From contig CAZFIU010000003.1 in NCBI GenBank assembly GCA_964519455.1, forward strand, positions 18,943 through 82,942: a stretch of 64,000 nucleotides of DNA, in the 5' to 3' direction. Positions 36,324-49,328 of this stretch are shown here, piece by piece. This DNA comes from an uncultured Syntrophobacterales bacterium (GTDB lineage Bacteria > Desulfobacterota > Binatia > UBA9968 > JAJDTQ01). Under the pieces are notes generated by a model that had not been told where the DNA came from, did not search any database, and was given only the letters and a program-made list of their open reading frames with translations. Numbering within the stretch: position 1 is the stretch's first letter; the number at the start of each line of letters is the position of its first letter. Made by a program: the position numbers and the translations under genes.

Positions 36324-37214
36324 GTGCTAAAGATCATTACATGTTACCCGTTCGCCTCAGTGATTGCCAACCCAGAATTCAAACGGCAACCAAAGTACTT
36401 TTCGGCTTACGTGCGAACGCTCAGTCAGTACCTCGGTTACACTGTTCGGAGCAAAGGGATCGTAAAAGTGCCGACGCTTTCCGAAATAGGGGCAGGACTC
36501 GGCAACTTGGGGCTCGATCCGGGAAGAATTGTGGACGCGTTTGGTAAACCAACCCAGCTTGGTGCAGACTTGAATAGGTACTTTGAATATCGCTCGAGCA
36601 TTCTCAACAATTCAGTACAACATCAATTGATGACAGTCGAAGAGGCACGGCACACCTTCGAGGAGTTGCGCGAGGCCATGGTCTACGGTTGCCCCCTTCC
36701 GCTAAACAAGCAAAAAGGTGACAAGGCAGGCCCAGCGTACTTTACGGGAATCATCAATATGCTGATCGCTAACGGCTTGAGGGGGACTCAGTGCGACTAT
36801 TCACCCATGAAACTCACAACAATCACGAGAAACGCTACAGTAATCCGAACACTATCTAGACGGGTCGATGGCGCTTTCCCTGCCGTCGTGAATCCGTTGG
36901 CGTTGTGGGAAATCAAAGAGTACTACTACACTACCACGTTCGGAAGCAGAATCGCCGACGGAGTATACGAAACCCTTTTGGATGGCATGGAACTGCAAGA
37001 ACTCCGGGAACATGAGAATATTGACGTCAAACATTATCTGATGGTCGATGCGTACAACACGTGGTGGGAAATGGGTAGACCGTACCTCTGCCGTATGGTG
37101 GACATGCTCCACATGGGCTATGTCGATGAAGTCCTCTTTGGCAGGGATGTGATTGAGCGAATTCCCGAACTTACCAAGGAATGGCTGTCTCTGCTGGAGA
37201 ACAAGCCAGTCTAA
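36324..37214 (+). CDS. putative type II restriction endonuclease, DpnII/MboI-like (start uncertain: GTG 36324, TTG 36279 or GTG 36288)
   Basis: Low-GC (~50%) gene convergent with and overlapping a Dam-family methyltransferase. The segment PLALWEIKEYYYTTTFGSRIADGVYETLL resembles the DpnII ExK...SGSK catalytic core. No ATG is present, so an alternative start codon is required. Confidence 0.45.
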   Translation: MLKIITCYPFASVIANPEFKRQPKYFSAYVRTLSQYLGYTVRSKGIVKVPTLSEIGAGLGNLGLDPGRIVDAFGKPTQLGADLNRYFEYRSSILNNSVQHQLMTVEEARHTFEELREAMVYGCPLPLNKQKGDKAGPAYFTGIINMLIANGLRGTQCDYSPMKLTTITRNATVIRTLSRRVDGAFPAVVNPLALWEIKEYYYTTTFGSRIADGVYETLLDGMELQELREHENIDVKHYLMVDAYNTWWEMGRPYLCRMVDMLHMGYVDEVLFGRDVIERIPELTKEWLSLLENKPV

Positions 37215-38101
37215 TCGGGGCTGTAAGTCAACAACAGACGGTCGGCTACCTTTTCTTCCTCCAACGTTTCACCGTTCATCTGAAAGCGCCGCAACATGGA
37301 ACGTCCGCAGTCAATAAAAACCTCTCGATCAAATAGGCCTTTCGGGATTGAAAGGTCCACTTTGTGCTTCCCGGACTTCTTTGTCCCATCAATGCTCAGG
37401 GCGACGTAAACACCCCTGTTTTTGCAGTCCTCAATAGCGTTAAAGAGATCGGGCAAGTGGAAGGACTGTGCCCCGTAGAGTATCGCTTGGGAGTTACTAT
37501 AGGGCGGATCGCAATAGATGAGATCGTTAGGCCTAGCTTGTGCCATGGCCTCTTGATAATCCATCAGCAAGAATTGCGTGCCCGATGTTCTTGAGACCCA
37601 CTCATCCACGCGCCTTGAGAAGCTACTCGGGTGAATTGGATCGTGGGCACCGCAGGGCGTGGACATATACCCGTCGCGTTGCCTGAAACGCACTACGCCG
37701 CCATAGCACGACCGGCAGAGAAACACGAGGTCTGCTCCATTCGGATTGACGTTATATGCTGCCTTGATCTTCTCATACTGCCGTATCTTGTCCCCGCCTT
37801 TCAAAAACAGCCATCTCTCGGCGTACCAGAGTTTTAGCAGCTCGGGGTCGTTTGAGAGTGTCTGCCAGATTTCAACGAGAGGTTTGAAGGAATCAGAAGC
37901 GACCCCGCAACTCGGTGCAAGCGTTGCGAGGACGGCTGCACTTCCTACAAACGGTTCCCGGTACGTGCCCATCTGGGAGGGAAAGAATGAGGCTATCTGA
38001 TGGGCGAATCGCTGCTTGTTGCCAACCCACTTGAGCAACCCTGCCCTGAAGGGGCGGACCATCGCAGTATCCGAAAAAGGAAACCGTTGTTGGTAAACCA
38101 T
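37211..38101 (-). CDS. Dam-family N6-adenine DNA methyltransferase (D12 class)
   Basis: Motif I-like KWVGNK, EPFVGSAAV, and catalytic IYCDPPY (DPPY). Alternative start at 38062. Confidence 0.8.
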   Translation of the reverse strand: MVYQQRFPFSDTAMVRPFRAGLLKWVGNKQRFAHQIASFFPSQMGTYREPFVGSAAVLATLAPSCGVASDSFKPLVEIWQTLSNDPELLKLWYAERWLFLKGGDKIRQYEKIKAAYNVNPNGADLVFLCRSCYGGVVRFRQRDGYMSTPCGAHDPIHPSSFSRRVDEWVSRTSGTQFLLMDYQEAMAQARPNDLIYCDPPYSNSQAILYGAQSFHLPDLFNAIEDCKNRGVYVALSIDGTKKSGKHKVDLSIPKGLFDREVFIDCGRSMLRRFQMNGETLEEEKVADRLLLTYSPD

Positions 38102-38452
38102 TCTTATCTCACTGACTTGCCGACCGTGCTCCGGCGGTCCTTCGCCTTACCGGACACAAGTTTCATCTACTTCAACCGCGATGTCGAAGGCAACCCCTTC
38201 CCGCGACCAGCGGTTTTCTGCCTGAGCCACCGGTTGCCCCGAAGTTGAGGCATGACACGCTCTTCAGGTTGGCCACGAGTAATCGATGCCTATGGGCTCC
38301 CCGTAGAATTCATTACAGCCCGAACGTTCCAACAAGTCAACAACCGACACATACACGCCCTGGCCCTCAACCATGGTATCGGTCTTTCCTGCCGATTCTT
38401 TAACATCGGGGCAGCGTTTTCGGCCGACAACAGATGGGTCAAGTCCCAGCGG

Positions 38453-39442
38453 TTACGGGATCAGCAGGATCTTACCGGTGGTCTTACGGGACTCAAGCAG
38501 GCGATGCGCTTCTCCCGCCCGAGACAGTGGAACCGCCGCGCCGGTGAGCGCCGTGAGCGGTCCCGCCTCGAGCCAACGCAGCACGTCTCCGGCCCGCGAA
38601 AGGATCTCGGCGCGGTCGGCGGTATGGTGGGTGAGGCTGGGACGGCTCAGGGTAAGCGATCCCTTTGCGTTGAGGATGGCGGTGTCGAACGGCGGCACGG
38701 CGCCGCTGGACTGGCCGTAGATCACCATGCAGCCGCGCGGCGCCAGGGCGTCCAGACTCTTCTCGAAGGTGCTCTTTCCCACCGAATCGTAGACGACGTT
38801 GACGCCGCGTCCATCGGTCAGGCGGCGTGCCTCGACCGCGAAGTCGACGGCGGTGTAGTCCATGACCGCGTCGGCGCCGGCTTCCTCGGCGATGCGCGCC
38901 TTCTCGGGGGTCGATGCCGTGCCGAATACCCGCGCGCCGCGCATCTTGGCCATCTGTACCACCAGCAGTCCGGTGCCGCCGGCGGCGGCGTGGACGAGCA
39001 CCGTGTCTCCGGGGCCCACCGCATAGGTATCGCGGGTGAGGTAGTGGGCGGTCATGCCCTGGAGCATGGCCGCGGCCGCCGAACGCAGGTCCACGGACTC
39101 GGGGACGCGCACCAAGTGGCGTTCCGGCACCGCGGCGAGGTCGGCATAGGAACCGTAGCCGTTGGAGATGCCGTAGGCGACCCTGTCGCCGACGCTGACC
39201 TCGGAGACGTCCGCTCCGACGGCGAGCACGATGCCGGCCCCCTCGGCGCCGGGGACGTACGGGAGCGGACGTTGGTGATGGCCGCCCCAGTGGAAACCCG
39301 AGCGGTAGTAGATGTCCAGGTAGTTGACCCCCGCGGCGGCCACCTCCACCAACGCCTCGTCCGCCCGCGGCTCGGGCGCCTCCACCTCTTCGTAGCGGAG
39401 CACCTCCGGACCGCCCAGCTCGTGAACGCGGACGGCCTTCAT
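38453..39442 (-). CDS. NADPH:quinone oxidoreductase (zinc-binding dehydrogenase family, Qor-like)
   Basis: MDR/Qor pattern, GxGxxG as AAAGGTGLL. Confidence 0.85.
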   Translation of the reverse strand: MKAVRVHELGGPEVLRYEEVEAPEPRADEALVEVAAAGVNYLDIYYRSGFHWGGHHQRPLPYVPGAEGAGIVLAVGADVSEVSVGDRVAYGISNGYGSYADLAAVPERHLVRVPESVDLRSAAAAMLQGMTAHYLTRDTYAVGPGDTVLVHAAAGGTGLLVVQMAKMRGARVFGTASTPEKARIAEEAGADAVMDYTAVDFAVEARRLTDGRGVNVVYDSVGKSTFEKSLDALAPRGCMVIYGQSSGAVPPFDTAILNAKGSLTLSRPSLTHHTADRAEILSRAGDVLRWLEAGPLTALTGAAVPLSRAGEAHRLLESRKTTGKILLIP

Positions 39443-39551
39443 CGCGGACAGGGAAACCTTGATGGACCGCGGGACAGAGTGTAGGCCCGGTCGCTGCATT
39501 TCGTTGCCGCGGGCGGCCTTGGCGGCCCCGTGCGGCGGGACGTCGCCGCCA

Positions 39552-40250
39552 TCAGTCCAGCAGCGCCACCACCCGGGCCGGGGCGGATTCGGTCTTCCAC
39601 TTGGCCGGGAGCGCGATGATCCGAGCGGTGGGGCCGATCTGGTCCAGGTTGATCAGGTTCTCGATCTGGCAGGTGACCTTGGGCAGAATGGTGCGGTGCA
39701 CGGTCATGCCGCTGCCGAGAATCTCGTCGGCGTGCTGGTAGTCCGAGCCCTTCTCTTCCTGGGCGAAGTCGTAGCCGATGACCGCGGGCTCTTTGTCCAC
39801 GACCCATTGGGCCGCCTCGCGGGACAGGAACGGCGAATCGTTCCACCACGACGGATCGGTGGTCCGGTGTCCCTTGGGCCAGTCGGTGCGCAGCAGCAGG
39901 ATGCCGCCGGGCTCGATCCGCACCCCCTGCTCCGCGAGCGCCGCCTCGGCCCGCTCCATGTCTTCCGGCGTGATGCGCGCGCCGGGCTGGCAGCGGAAAG
40001 ACAGGTCCAGCACCACCGCCGTGCCGATCAACGGCTCCAGCGGAAGCTGCTCCACCGACGGCTTGTCGCGGAAGAAATGGTGCGGCGAATCGATGTGCGT
40101 GCCGGCGTGGACGGTCAGCTCCACGAGGTTGGAGACGAACCCCTTGTCCTCCCAGTCGATGATGGGCTTGATCTTGAAGTAGGTCTCGTCGGGCGCGAAC
40201 GGAGCCGAGTCGCACTCCTCCACGGTCATGCTGAGATCGACGATGCGCAT
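39552..40250 (-). CDS. cyclase family protein (kynurenine-formamidase-like)
   Basis: HAGTHIDSPHH metal motif. Confidence 0.8.
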   Translation of the reverse strand: MRIVDLSMTVEECDSAPFAPDETYFKIKPIIDWEDKGFVSNLVELTVHAGTHIDSPHHFFRDKPSVEQLPLEPLIGTAVVLDLSFRCQPGARITPEDMERAEAALAEQGVRIEPGGILLLRTDWPKGHRTTDPSWWNDSPFLSREAAQWVVDKEPAVIGYDFAQEEKGSDYQHADEILGSGMTVHRTILPKVTCQIENLINLDQIGPTARIIALPAKWKTESAPARVVALLD

Positions 40251-40385
40251 GGAAACGGCTCCTTTCCCCAAGACAAACGGCTCGCGTCCTTATATCATTG
40301 CACCGCGTCCTAAAGTCAACGCGCCGCGACGCGTCCACCCCCCACGGGCCGGACCGCGGCAACACACATCACAGGAGGCGACAGC

Positions 40386-40673
40386 ATGATCTATGAAGTG
40401 AGGATTCAAACGGTGGATCCCGACAAGCGCAGCGAGTACGTGAAAGCCTACAAGGATGCCATCCAGTCCAGCAAGGAAGCCGGATGCAACGGCGGGTTCA
40501 TCATGTGCAGCGACGAAGATCCCTCGAAGGTCATGGTCCTGCTCCACTGGCCGACCCGCGAGCACCACGAACGCTGGCGCGGCACGCCGACCCACGTGAA
40601 GTTCAGGGAGACCATCGACCCCTGGCAGACGCAGCCCAGTATCGGCGACTACTACGTGGCGGAGACCATCTGA
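40386..40673 (+). CDS. ABM/Dabb-like small monooxygenase-fold protein
   Basis: 95 aa ferredoxin-like fold. AGGAGG Shine-Dalgarno upstream. Confidence 0.65.
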   Translation: MIYEVRIQTVDPDKRSEYVKAYKDAIQSSKEAGCNGGFIMCSDEDPSKVMVLLHWPTREHHERWRGTPTHVKFRETIDPWQTQPSIGDYYVAETI

Positions 40674-40690
40674 CTGCTCCCGGCCCCTCA

Positions 40691-40750
40691 TCGTCATTCC
40701 CTGCCTCTCTCCGTCATTCCTACCCCTCTCCGTCATTCCCGCGAAAGCGG
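40691..40750. repeat. three tandem ~20-bp copies of the half-unit (t/c)CGTCATTCC leading into a full palindromic element
   Basis: tcgtcattccctgcctctct / ccgtcattcctacccctctc / cgtcattcccgcgaaagcgg. Confidence 0.5.
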
Positions 40751-40830
40751 GAATCCAGGCGGGGTGGGGTCGGGGAGTCTCTGCCGTTTCCCCTCCACCA
40801 CTCCTGGATTCCCGCTTTCGCGGGAATGAC
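40732..40830. repeat. ~100-bp bipartite palindromic element (GTCATTCCCGCGAAAGCGGGAATCCAGG...CCTGGATTCCCGCTTTCGCGGGAATGAC)
   Basis: Near-identical to the elements at 13536-13634 and 53024-53123. Confidence 0.75.
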
Positions 40831-40871
40831 TCTTCCGGGGGTTGTTGCCTCTCCAAGATGGTGTTCTGACA

Positions 40872-40965
40872 CAGCCTGTTTCGCGGGAATGACGATTCGG
40901 GGCGACCACGTCATTCCCCATTCGTGAGGAGCTTGACAGCCCGGGAAGCGGGAATGACGCATTCG
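40872..40965. repeat. further copies: a right-arm half unit (TTTCGCGGGAATGACGATTCGGGG) and a variant element (GTCATTCCC-cattcgtgaggagcttgacagcccgggaagc-GGGAATGAC)
   Basis: Read directly. The variant resembles 29062-29100. Confidence 0.55.
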
Positions 40966-41109
40966 TAGCGCCTCTGCCGGCCGGGGAAATTGCAAAGGGC
41001 GGGACTCCTGTGATAACCCCGGCGAGTGTGCGGCGCGGGACCGCCACACGGGCGCGAAGCGCAGTCGTGCGTGGCTCGGGTTTGGCAAAATCTGCCAGGG
41101 AGGTGAACC

Positions 41110-42123
41110 ATGCGGAGAAGAACGAGTTTGCGGAAGTCGTTTGCCATGGCCGGCGCGGGCATGGCGGCGTTGTTTCTGTGCCTGCTGATCGGCACCACGG
41201 CCGGCGCCCAGAATCTGCCGAGCAAAATCACCTGGATCGTGCCCTTCGGGCTCGGGGGCGGCACCGGGACGTCGGCGCTGCTGCTGGCGCCGAAGCTCCA
41301 GGCGAAGCTCGCGGGCAACGGCGTCAAGGAAGTCAAGGTGGTGAGCCTGCCGGGAGCAGGCGGCACGGTGGGGACGAAGAAGCTCTTCACCTCGCCGGCG
41401 GACGGGAGCGTCATCGGCAGCATGCTGCCGGCGGGCGGACTGGCGCAGTCGGCGACACGGGACGTGGGCTTCGACCTCTCCAAGTTCACCTACCTGGCCA
41501 AGATCACCACGGCGCCGCGTTTCCTCTTCGTGAAAGGGGACTCCCCCATCAAGACACTTGACGACCTCATCGCGGAAGGCAAGAAACGTCCGCTGAAGGT
41601 CTCGTCCGTGGGTCCCGCCTCGGCCGGCTCCTTCGTCCTGGCCAACATCATCGACAAGACCGGCATCCAGGTGAAGGACGTCACCGGGTACAAGAGCGGC
41701 CGTTCGCTGGTGGTGGCGGTAGCCCGCGGCGACGTGGACACCACCATCAAGACCACCGGCGGCGTGATCACCTTCATCAAGTCCGGCGAGGTCCGCGGCC
41801 TGGTGCAACTCTCCTCGGAGAAGGACAAGGACCCGTTCTTCCCGGACGTGCCTTCGGCCGAGGCCTTGGGCCGCAAGGACCTCATGGCCGGCGGCATTCT
41901 CTACATCCTCGTGGCGGCCCCGCCCAAGGTGCCCCAGGCCGTCGCGGACGTGCTGCGCAACGCCGTCCACCAGGTCATCTCCGAGTCCAAGGCCGAACTG
42001 GAGAGCAAGGCCCAGGTCATCCACGCACCCGCCACCGGGGAAGAAACGACGGTGCTCGTGAACAACCTGATCAAGGACTACGCGAACCTGATCGCCCTCT
42101 ACAAGGCGCAACAGAAGAAGTAG
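41110..42123 (+). CDS. tctC: tripartite tricarboxylate transporter substrate-binding protein (TctC/Bug family)
   Basis: Signal peptide followed by a Bug-family periplasmic binding fold of ~337 aa. Confidence 0.85.
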   Translation: MRRRTSLRKSFAMAGAGMAALFLCLLIGTTAGAQNLPSKITWIVPFGLGGGTGTSALLLAPKLQAKLAGNGVKEVKVVSLPGAGGTVGTKKLFTSPADGSVIGSMLPAGGLAQSATRDVGFDLSKFTYLAKITTAPRFLFVKGDSPIKTLDDLIAEGKKRPLKVSSVGPASAGSFVLANIIDKTGIQVKDVTGYKSGRSLVVAVARGDVDTTIKTTGGVITFIKSGEVRGLVQLSSEKDKDPFFPDVPSAEALGRKDLMAGGILYILVAAPPKVPQAVADVLRNAVHQVISESKAELESKAQVIHAPATGEETTVLVNNLIKDYANLIALYKAQQKK

Positions 42124-42288
42124 GCTCGAAAGAGGCTTGAAGCCTCCTGCCGTACCGTCCGGCCCGGATGATCCGCGCGTTGTCTTCCGCGCATCCGGGC
42201 CGGCCCTGGCGGCGCGGCGACCCGTCTGGCCGCCACGCCAAGCCGCGTTCCGTGCACGCCGCGGCCGGCGCGCTGAAAGAGATGCTCC

Positions 42289-43803
42289 GTGATTGAGGCC
42301 ATCGGCGAAGCGCTGGTCAACGTTTTCGGGTTCCCCAACGTGCTGGTGGTGCTGATCGGCGTCACCGTGAGCATGCTCTTCGGCGCCCTGCCCGGCCTGG
42401 GCGGCATCGTCATCCTGACGCTGTCGCTGCCCATCATCATGGCGATGGAGACGAAGCTGGCCATGATGGTCTTCGCCGCTTCCATCGGCGGCATCACCTT
42501 CGGCGGCTCCATATCCGCCATCCTGCTCAACGTCCCCGGCACCGTCGCCAACATCGCCACGGTCTTCGACGGGCACCCGCTGGCCCGGCAGGGCCGCGCC
42601 GGCTACGCCCTCGCCATCTCCGCGACGGCGTCCGCCCTGGGCTCGGTGTTCGGCTACGTCATCTTCCTGCTGCTCTTGCCGGTGGTGCGCTCGGTGGTGT
42701 TCTCCTTCGGTCCGCCGGAGTTCTTCCTCATGGCGCTGCTGGGAATCAGCCTGATCGCGTCGCTGACCCAGAGCGAACCGATCAAGGGCCTCATCTCCGC
42801 GGGGCTGGGATTCCTGGTGGCCTTCATCGGGTACTCTCCCATCACGGGAGACATGCGCTTCACCTTCGACCTGCTGTACCTGTGGGACGGGGTCCACACC
42901 GGGGTCATCGCCATCGGCATCTTCGCCGTCTCCGAGATGTTCTTCCTGGCCGTCAAGGGAGAGGAGCTGGTGCAGCAGAGCGACGTGGAGCGCGCCACGA
43001 CGCGGGACGTCCTCGACGGCATCCGCTTCGTGTTGTCCAACTTCTTCCTGCTGATCAGGAGCGCGGCCATCGGCTGCGTGGTGGGGATCATCCCCGGCGT
43101 GGGCGCCAACGTGGCGGCGTTCCTGTCGTACGCCCAGGGCCAGGCCACCTCTCCCAACCGCGCCAACTTCGGCCGCGGGGCGCCCGAGGGCGTGCTCGCG
43201 CCGGAAGCCGCCAACGACGCCAAGGACGGCGGCGCGCTGCTGCCCACCGTGGCCTTCGGCATCCCCGGGAGCGCGCCTCACGCCATCCTGCTGGTGGGGC
43301 TGCTGCTGCTCGGATTGAACCCCGGCAAGGAACTGCTGACCACGCACCAGGCCACGGTCTTCACCCTGGTGCTGGCGCTGATCGCCGCCAACGTGTGGAC
43401 CTCCGTCCTGGGGCTCCTCTTCGCCAACCAGCTCGTCAAGATCACGCGCATCCGGGTCACGCTCATCATCCCCATCGTCCTGGTCATCAGCTTCGTCGGC
43501 GCCTTCGTGCTGCGCAACAACCTCCTGGACGCGTTCGCCGTGCTCGTGTTCGGCTTCATCGGCTACGGCATGAAGAAGTACAACTACTCCTTCATCACCT
43601 TCATCCTCGCCTACGTCCTCGGGGAGATCGCCGAGGTGTCGCTGTTCCAGACGCTGCTGATCTCGGACACGGGCTTCCTGATCTTCGTGACCCGTCCGAT
43701 CTCGCTGGTGCTGACCCTGCTCATCCTGGCGGCCCTGGCCCTCCCGCTGCTGGCGCCGCTCAAGCGCGCCTTGCAACGGCGTCGACTGACGGACACGCCG
43801 TAG
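42289..43803 (+). CDS. tctA: tripartite tricarboxylate transporter permease TctA
   Basis: 504 aa polytopic membrane protein with the conserved LPGLGG motifs. GTG start at 42289. Confidence 0.85.
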   Translation: MIEAIGEALVNVFGFPNVLVVLIGVTVSMLFGALPGLGGIVILTLSLPIIMAMETKLAMMVFAASIGGITFGGSISAILLNVPGTVANIATVFDGHPLARQGRAGYALAISATASALGSVFGYVIFLLLLPVVRSVVFSFGPPEFFLMALLGISLIASLTQSEPIKGLISAGLGFLVAFIGYSPITGDMRFTFDLLYLWDGVHTGVIAIGIFAVSEMFFLAVKGEELVQQSDVERATTRDVLDGIRFVLSNFFLLIRSAAIGCVVGIIPGVGANVAAFLSYAQGQATSPNRANFGRGAPEGVLAPEAANDAKDGGALLPTVAFGIPGSAPHAILLVGLLLLGLNPGKELLTTHQATVFTLVLALIAANVWTSVLGLLFANQLVKITRIRVTLIIPIVLVISFVGAFVLRNNLLDAFAVLVFGFIGYGMKKYNYSFITFILAYVLGEIAEVSLFQTLLISDTGFLIFVTRPISLVLTLLILAALALPLLAPLKRALQRRRLTDTP

Positions 43804-43828
43804 CGGCCGGTGGAGAACGCCCGGGATC

Positions 43829-47122
<3,294 letters not shown>

Positions 47123-47136
47123 GCCGGGAGACGAGT

Positions 47137-47598
47137 TCAAGATAGCGGGTCAAGGTCGAACAACCGGACATCTCCCGCTCTGGTAATGCGTGCGACCAAG
47201 GGCGGTTGCGTCCCTTCCACGACGCGCTGGATCTTCGGGAGCGCCTCGATGACCGCATAGGCCATCTCATCACCGGACATGTTGCCGGAAGGCAGAATGA
47301 AAGCTCTCGCGCGGCTTCGCTGCAGAGCATGACGCTCTACGGGTCGCCGACGTATCCGATCGTCTTTGGTCAGGATTAACCAGCCCCGCCGTCCTACTTC
47401 GGGGAGCCACTCACTGTCGGGTGAATTCGTTGGGAAATGGTCCTTGAGCAGTTCTACCGTAAGCCCCTGGCGACGAAGTGCAGACGCGACGACCTTGTCT
47501 CCCAGGCTCTGGTCGAGGAAGAAGGTTGGGCTCTCATGCGGCGTGTCTGTACTGCTCGCAACGGATCGCTTCTTCGATTTCCGATGGCGTTCGGCCAT
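47137..47598 (-). CDS. DUF5615 (PIN-like/Mut7-C) putative toxin
   Basis: FFLDQSLGDKVVASALRRQG...WLILTKDDRI matches the DUF5615 core. Its start overlaps the upstream DUF433 gene by ~65 nt, and no alternative in-frame start exists. Confidence 0.6.
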   Translation of the reverse strand: MAERHRKSKKRSVASSTDTPHESPTFFLDQSLGDKVVASALRRQGLTVELLKDHFPTNSPDSEWLPEVGRRGWLILTKDDRIRRRPVERHALQRSRARAFILPSGNMSGDEMAYAVIEALPKIQRVVEGTQPPLVARITRAGDVRLFDLDPLS

Positions 47599-48265
47599 AG
47601 TCGTCCGCGAGCTCTTCGACGGATTCGCCAGCCCCAAAGCGCTGGGAAATGACCTCCGTGGGTATGTGTGTCCCTGCCAACACCGGGCGCCCGAAGGCAA
47701 CACGAGGATCAACAACGATCACCTGCGGTCCAGCTTCGGCAGTATCGGCGACGTCAAGTTGAGGGTGCCGGCGGGTGAACAGGTAAAGCCTCACGGCCAG
47801 TCCTGAGGGGTCTCGCTCGATTCTGCGCAAGTGGATCTCCAGAACCTTGCGCATGCCGAGCTGGCCTTCCTTCGAAATGTTGACCAATTGCTCGAAGCTC
47901 TGGACGAAGAGATCCAGTCCATCCGTTTCGAAGCTGCGATCAGCCAACGGATGGGATGAAGGGTGTTTCCGCTTCAAGTAATCCAACGCCTGCCTGACAG
48001 TTGTCAACGAAACGTGATGCTGCCGGCGGATGGCGGCCAGGACATGGACTTCAACCAAGTTGACGAATGACAGCAAGCAACGGGCGGCGTCGGCGAGATC
48101 GACCAGGGGCTCAGAAAATTGCTGTCCACGGGATGTCGGATACCCACGCCCTCGGACCCAGGACCGCAGTGTCGCGACTGGTACCTGCAGATAGTGCGCG
48201 GCCTCCGAAATACCATAGGCCGGCAACTCAACGGGACTCTTTCCGCCGTAGAGATCGATCGTCAT
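47534..48265 (-). CDS. DUF433 domain protein with N-terminal HTH (putative antitoxin partner of DUF5615)
   Basis: C-terminal segment VIVVDPRVAFGRPVLAGTHIPTEVISQRFGAGESVEELADDYGRTPSEIEEAI matches DUF433. AAGGAG Shine-Dalgarno upstream of ATG 48265. Confidence 0.7.
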   Translation of the reverse strand: MTIDLYGGKSPVELPAYGISEAAHYLQVPVATLRSWVRGRGYPTSRGQQFSEPLVDLADAARCLLSFVNLVEVHVLAAIRRQHHVSLTTVRQALDYLKRKHPSSHPLADRSFETDGLDLFVQSFEQLVNISKEGQLGMRKVLEIHLRRIERDPSGLAVRLYLFTRRHPQLDVADTAEAGPQVIVVDPRVAFGRPVLAGTHIPTEVISQRFGAGESVEELADDYGRTPSEIEEAIRCEQYRHAA

Positions 48266-48534
48266 CTTCTCCTTCGGGGCTTCTCCGGGTTTCCAACTCC
48301 CAATCCGCACTTGGTCGCCGGGGCGATTGTAACACGAAAGGAGTACCAGATAACAACAAACGGACCCCCAGACGCACGGTGCATGTCATTTGGGGTTGAC
48401 TCTGACCCGTGTTCTGGAAAAATGGTGAGATAGATGGACAACTAGTCCACCGCGGCATCAGTAGAAGATTGCTTCGGGACTATGAAGCTCGGCTGCTGAG
48501 GCGAGCCGAGCCCGATCAAGAACAAGGAGACGCC

Positions 48535-49011
48535 ATGCACGCACTGAGACTCGCACTGGTCGGGTTGTTGGCCATATCCCTGTCCGGCTGTCTGAGCGGG
48601 GCGGGCGAGAAGGAAAGCGCGGGGACGCTGCTGGGCGCCGTGGCCGGCGGCATCGCCGGGGCACAACTCGGCAAGGGAGATGGACAGCTCCTCGCCACCG
48701 GAATCGGCACGCTCCTCGGCGCCGCCATCGGCAACGAGATCGGCAGATCCCTCGACCGGGCAGACCAACTCGCCTTGGAGCGGGCAACACAGAGTTCGCT
48801 GGAGACGGCGCCCGTCGGGCGGACCACCACCTGGAAGAATCCCGATTCCGGCAACCAGGGCACCATCACGCCGCGCAAGACGTTCAAGCGCAACGACGGT
48901 ACCTATTGCCGCGAGTTCACCCAGACCATCACCATCGGCGGCAAGACCGAAGAAGCCTACGGCACCGCATGCCGTCAGCCCGACGGCACCTGGAAGCTGG
49001 TCTCAGCGTAA
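48535..49011 (+). CDS. lipoprotein with Gly-zipper (17-kDa surface-antigen-like) region
   Basis: Signal peptide plus lipobox (LSGC), Gly-zipper segment GAVAGGIAGAQLG...GTLLGAAIGN. AAGGAG Shine-Dalgarno upstream. Confidence 0.65.
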   Translation: MHALRLALVGLLAISLSGCLSGAGEKESAGTLLGAVAGGIAGAQLGKGDGQLLATGIGTLLGAAIGNEIGRSLDRADQLALERATQSSLETAPVGRTTTWKNPDSGNQGTITPRKTFKRNDGTYCREFTQTITIGGKTEEAYGTACRQPDGTWKLVSA

Positions 49012-49328
49012 CGGCCCTTCTCTGAGCCGGGGTTCCACCTCAGCGGCGAAAATAGCTGAACCGTCACGTTCCAGTGCGCTAATCCGCCACCGTTCCACGG
49101 CTTGTTGCAGCCCATGTTGCTGGAAACGCTTTCCGTGCGGATTTCAGCGTGTTACCGGGGTAGGGTCAGTGCAGGCCAGCACACTTGACCGCAATTGTAA
49201 TAGTTCGCTGATGAGAACCATTATGCTGTTGCCTGCATCGACGTCCCCGCGCTCCACCTGCACCATTGACCGTAACAACAGTCGCCTTGAGCTTGTCGCC
49301 CACAGGATCCGCGTTACAGGAAAGTTCG

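Noticed and set aside
36341-36547. 68-aa ATG-initiated ORF inside the low-GC islet
   Set aside because: Out of frame with the endonuclease-like reading frame that carries the PD-(D/E)xK-like core. It is likely a shadow ORF.
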